Below, piece by piece: positions 6,924-7,103 of a stretch of 7,103 bases of DNA. Below the pieces are notes generated by a model. It saw only the letters and a list, made by a program, of their open reading frames with translations, was not told the DNA's origin and did no database searches. The stretch's first letter is position 1. Each line of letters opens with the position of its first letter. The stretch is from Leidyana gryllorum EB-2025a (taxonomy: Eukaryota; Protista; Apicomplexa), in NCBI GenBank assembly GCA_048772705.1, contig JBLWGC010000156.1, positions 1 to 7,103 of the forward strand, written 5' to 3'. The position numbers and the translations under genes were made by a program.

Positions 6924-7101
6924 CCCCTCCCCCTTCCTCCATGTTAAACGGGTTGCGAGGGTGTCTCGTGTTCCACCTGTTCTTGAAGTCCGCTATTAGA
7001 TCGGCTCCGTCCGCTTCGAGTACCGTTTCCGCCGTTTCCCAGCTCTCATCTGAGTAGCCTACCCATTTCACTCTGTAGTATAGCTGTCCATTCTCTCTTT
7101 C
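6919..7101 (-). CDS. pol: C-terminal chromodomain of element C integrase (partial, runs off the window; absent from the ORF track)
   Basis: Manual translation: ERENGQLYYRVKWVGYSDESWETAETVLEADGADLIADFKNRWNTRHPRNPFNMEEGGGV*. This fits the chromodomain consensus Y-x-VKW-x-GY...(T/S)WE...L...LI..F. The stop TAA at 6921-6919 lies inside the LTR. Confidence 0.9.
   Translation of the reverse strand, partial: ERENGQLYYRVKWVGYSDESWETAETVLEADGADLIADFKNRWNTRHPRNPFNMEEGGGV
6924..6940 (-). promoter_or_regulatory. Polypurine tract of element C
   Basis: Minus-strand GGAGGAAGGGGGAGGGG, 17 consecutive purines, abuts the LTR TG. Confidence 0.9.
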
Positions 7102-7103
7102 TT

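Larger units (their letters stand above)
6744..7103 (-). mobile_element. Element C: 3' end of a chromovirus inserted in opposite orientation into element B integrase
   Basis: Chromodomain, PPT and LTR occur in canonical order on the minus strand. Confidence 0.88.

Noticed and set aside
6752-7057. 101-aa hydrophobic + strand ORF after pol as a possible env-like gene
   Set aside because: It has a TTG start and is the antisense of C's LTR, PPT and chromodomain.
6744-7103. Autointegration or inversion of element B's own 3' end
   Set aside because: LTR-C (180 bp) and LTR-B (196 bp) share only short motifs, whereas the LTRs of one cDNA should be near-identical.

Overview
Eukaryotic Ty3/Gypsy (Metaviridae, chromovirus-like) LTR-retrotransposon cluster. 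At ORF level it looks like one element with two Gags (ORF1-gag-gag-pol), but the boundary signals point to three nested elements. Element A (+) has a Pro-rich ORF (ATG 1009), a frame-shifted capsid/CCHC gag (about 1814-2553) and a G_GAU_UUU slip site, and is cut at 2553/2554. Element B (+) has a 196-bp LTR (2554-2749, TGTAAC...GTTACA), a tRNA-iMet-type PBS, gag, a -1 frameshift signal with GC hairpin, and PR-RT-RNaseH-IN pol with a D-to-G change in the DDE triad; it is cut at 6743/6744 after the GPF module. Element C (-) contributes its 3' end: a chromodomain missed by the ORF track, a 17-nt PPT and a 180-bp LTR (6923-6744). The most striking observation is that both LTRs encode the Gag N-terminus: (E/D)LRSGK is conserved through different codons at every position and leaves the LTR in the same phase (TAC A|). 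No database searches were run, so family assignments rest on recognised motifs and novelty is untested.
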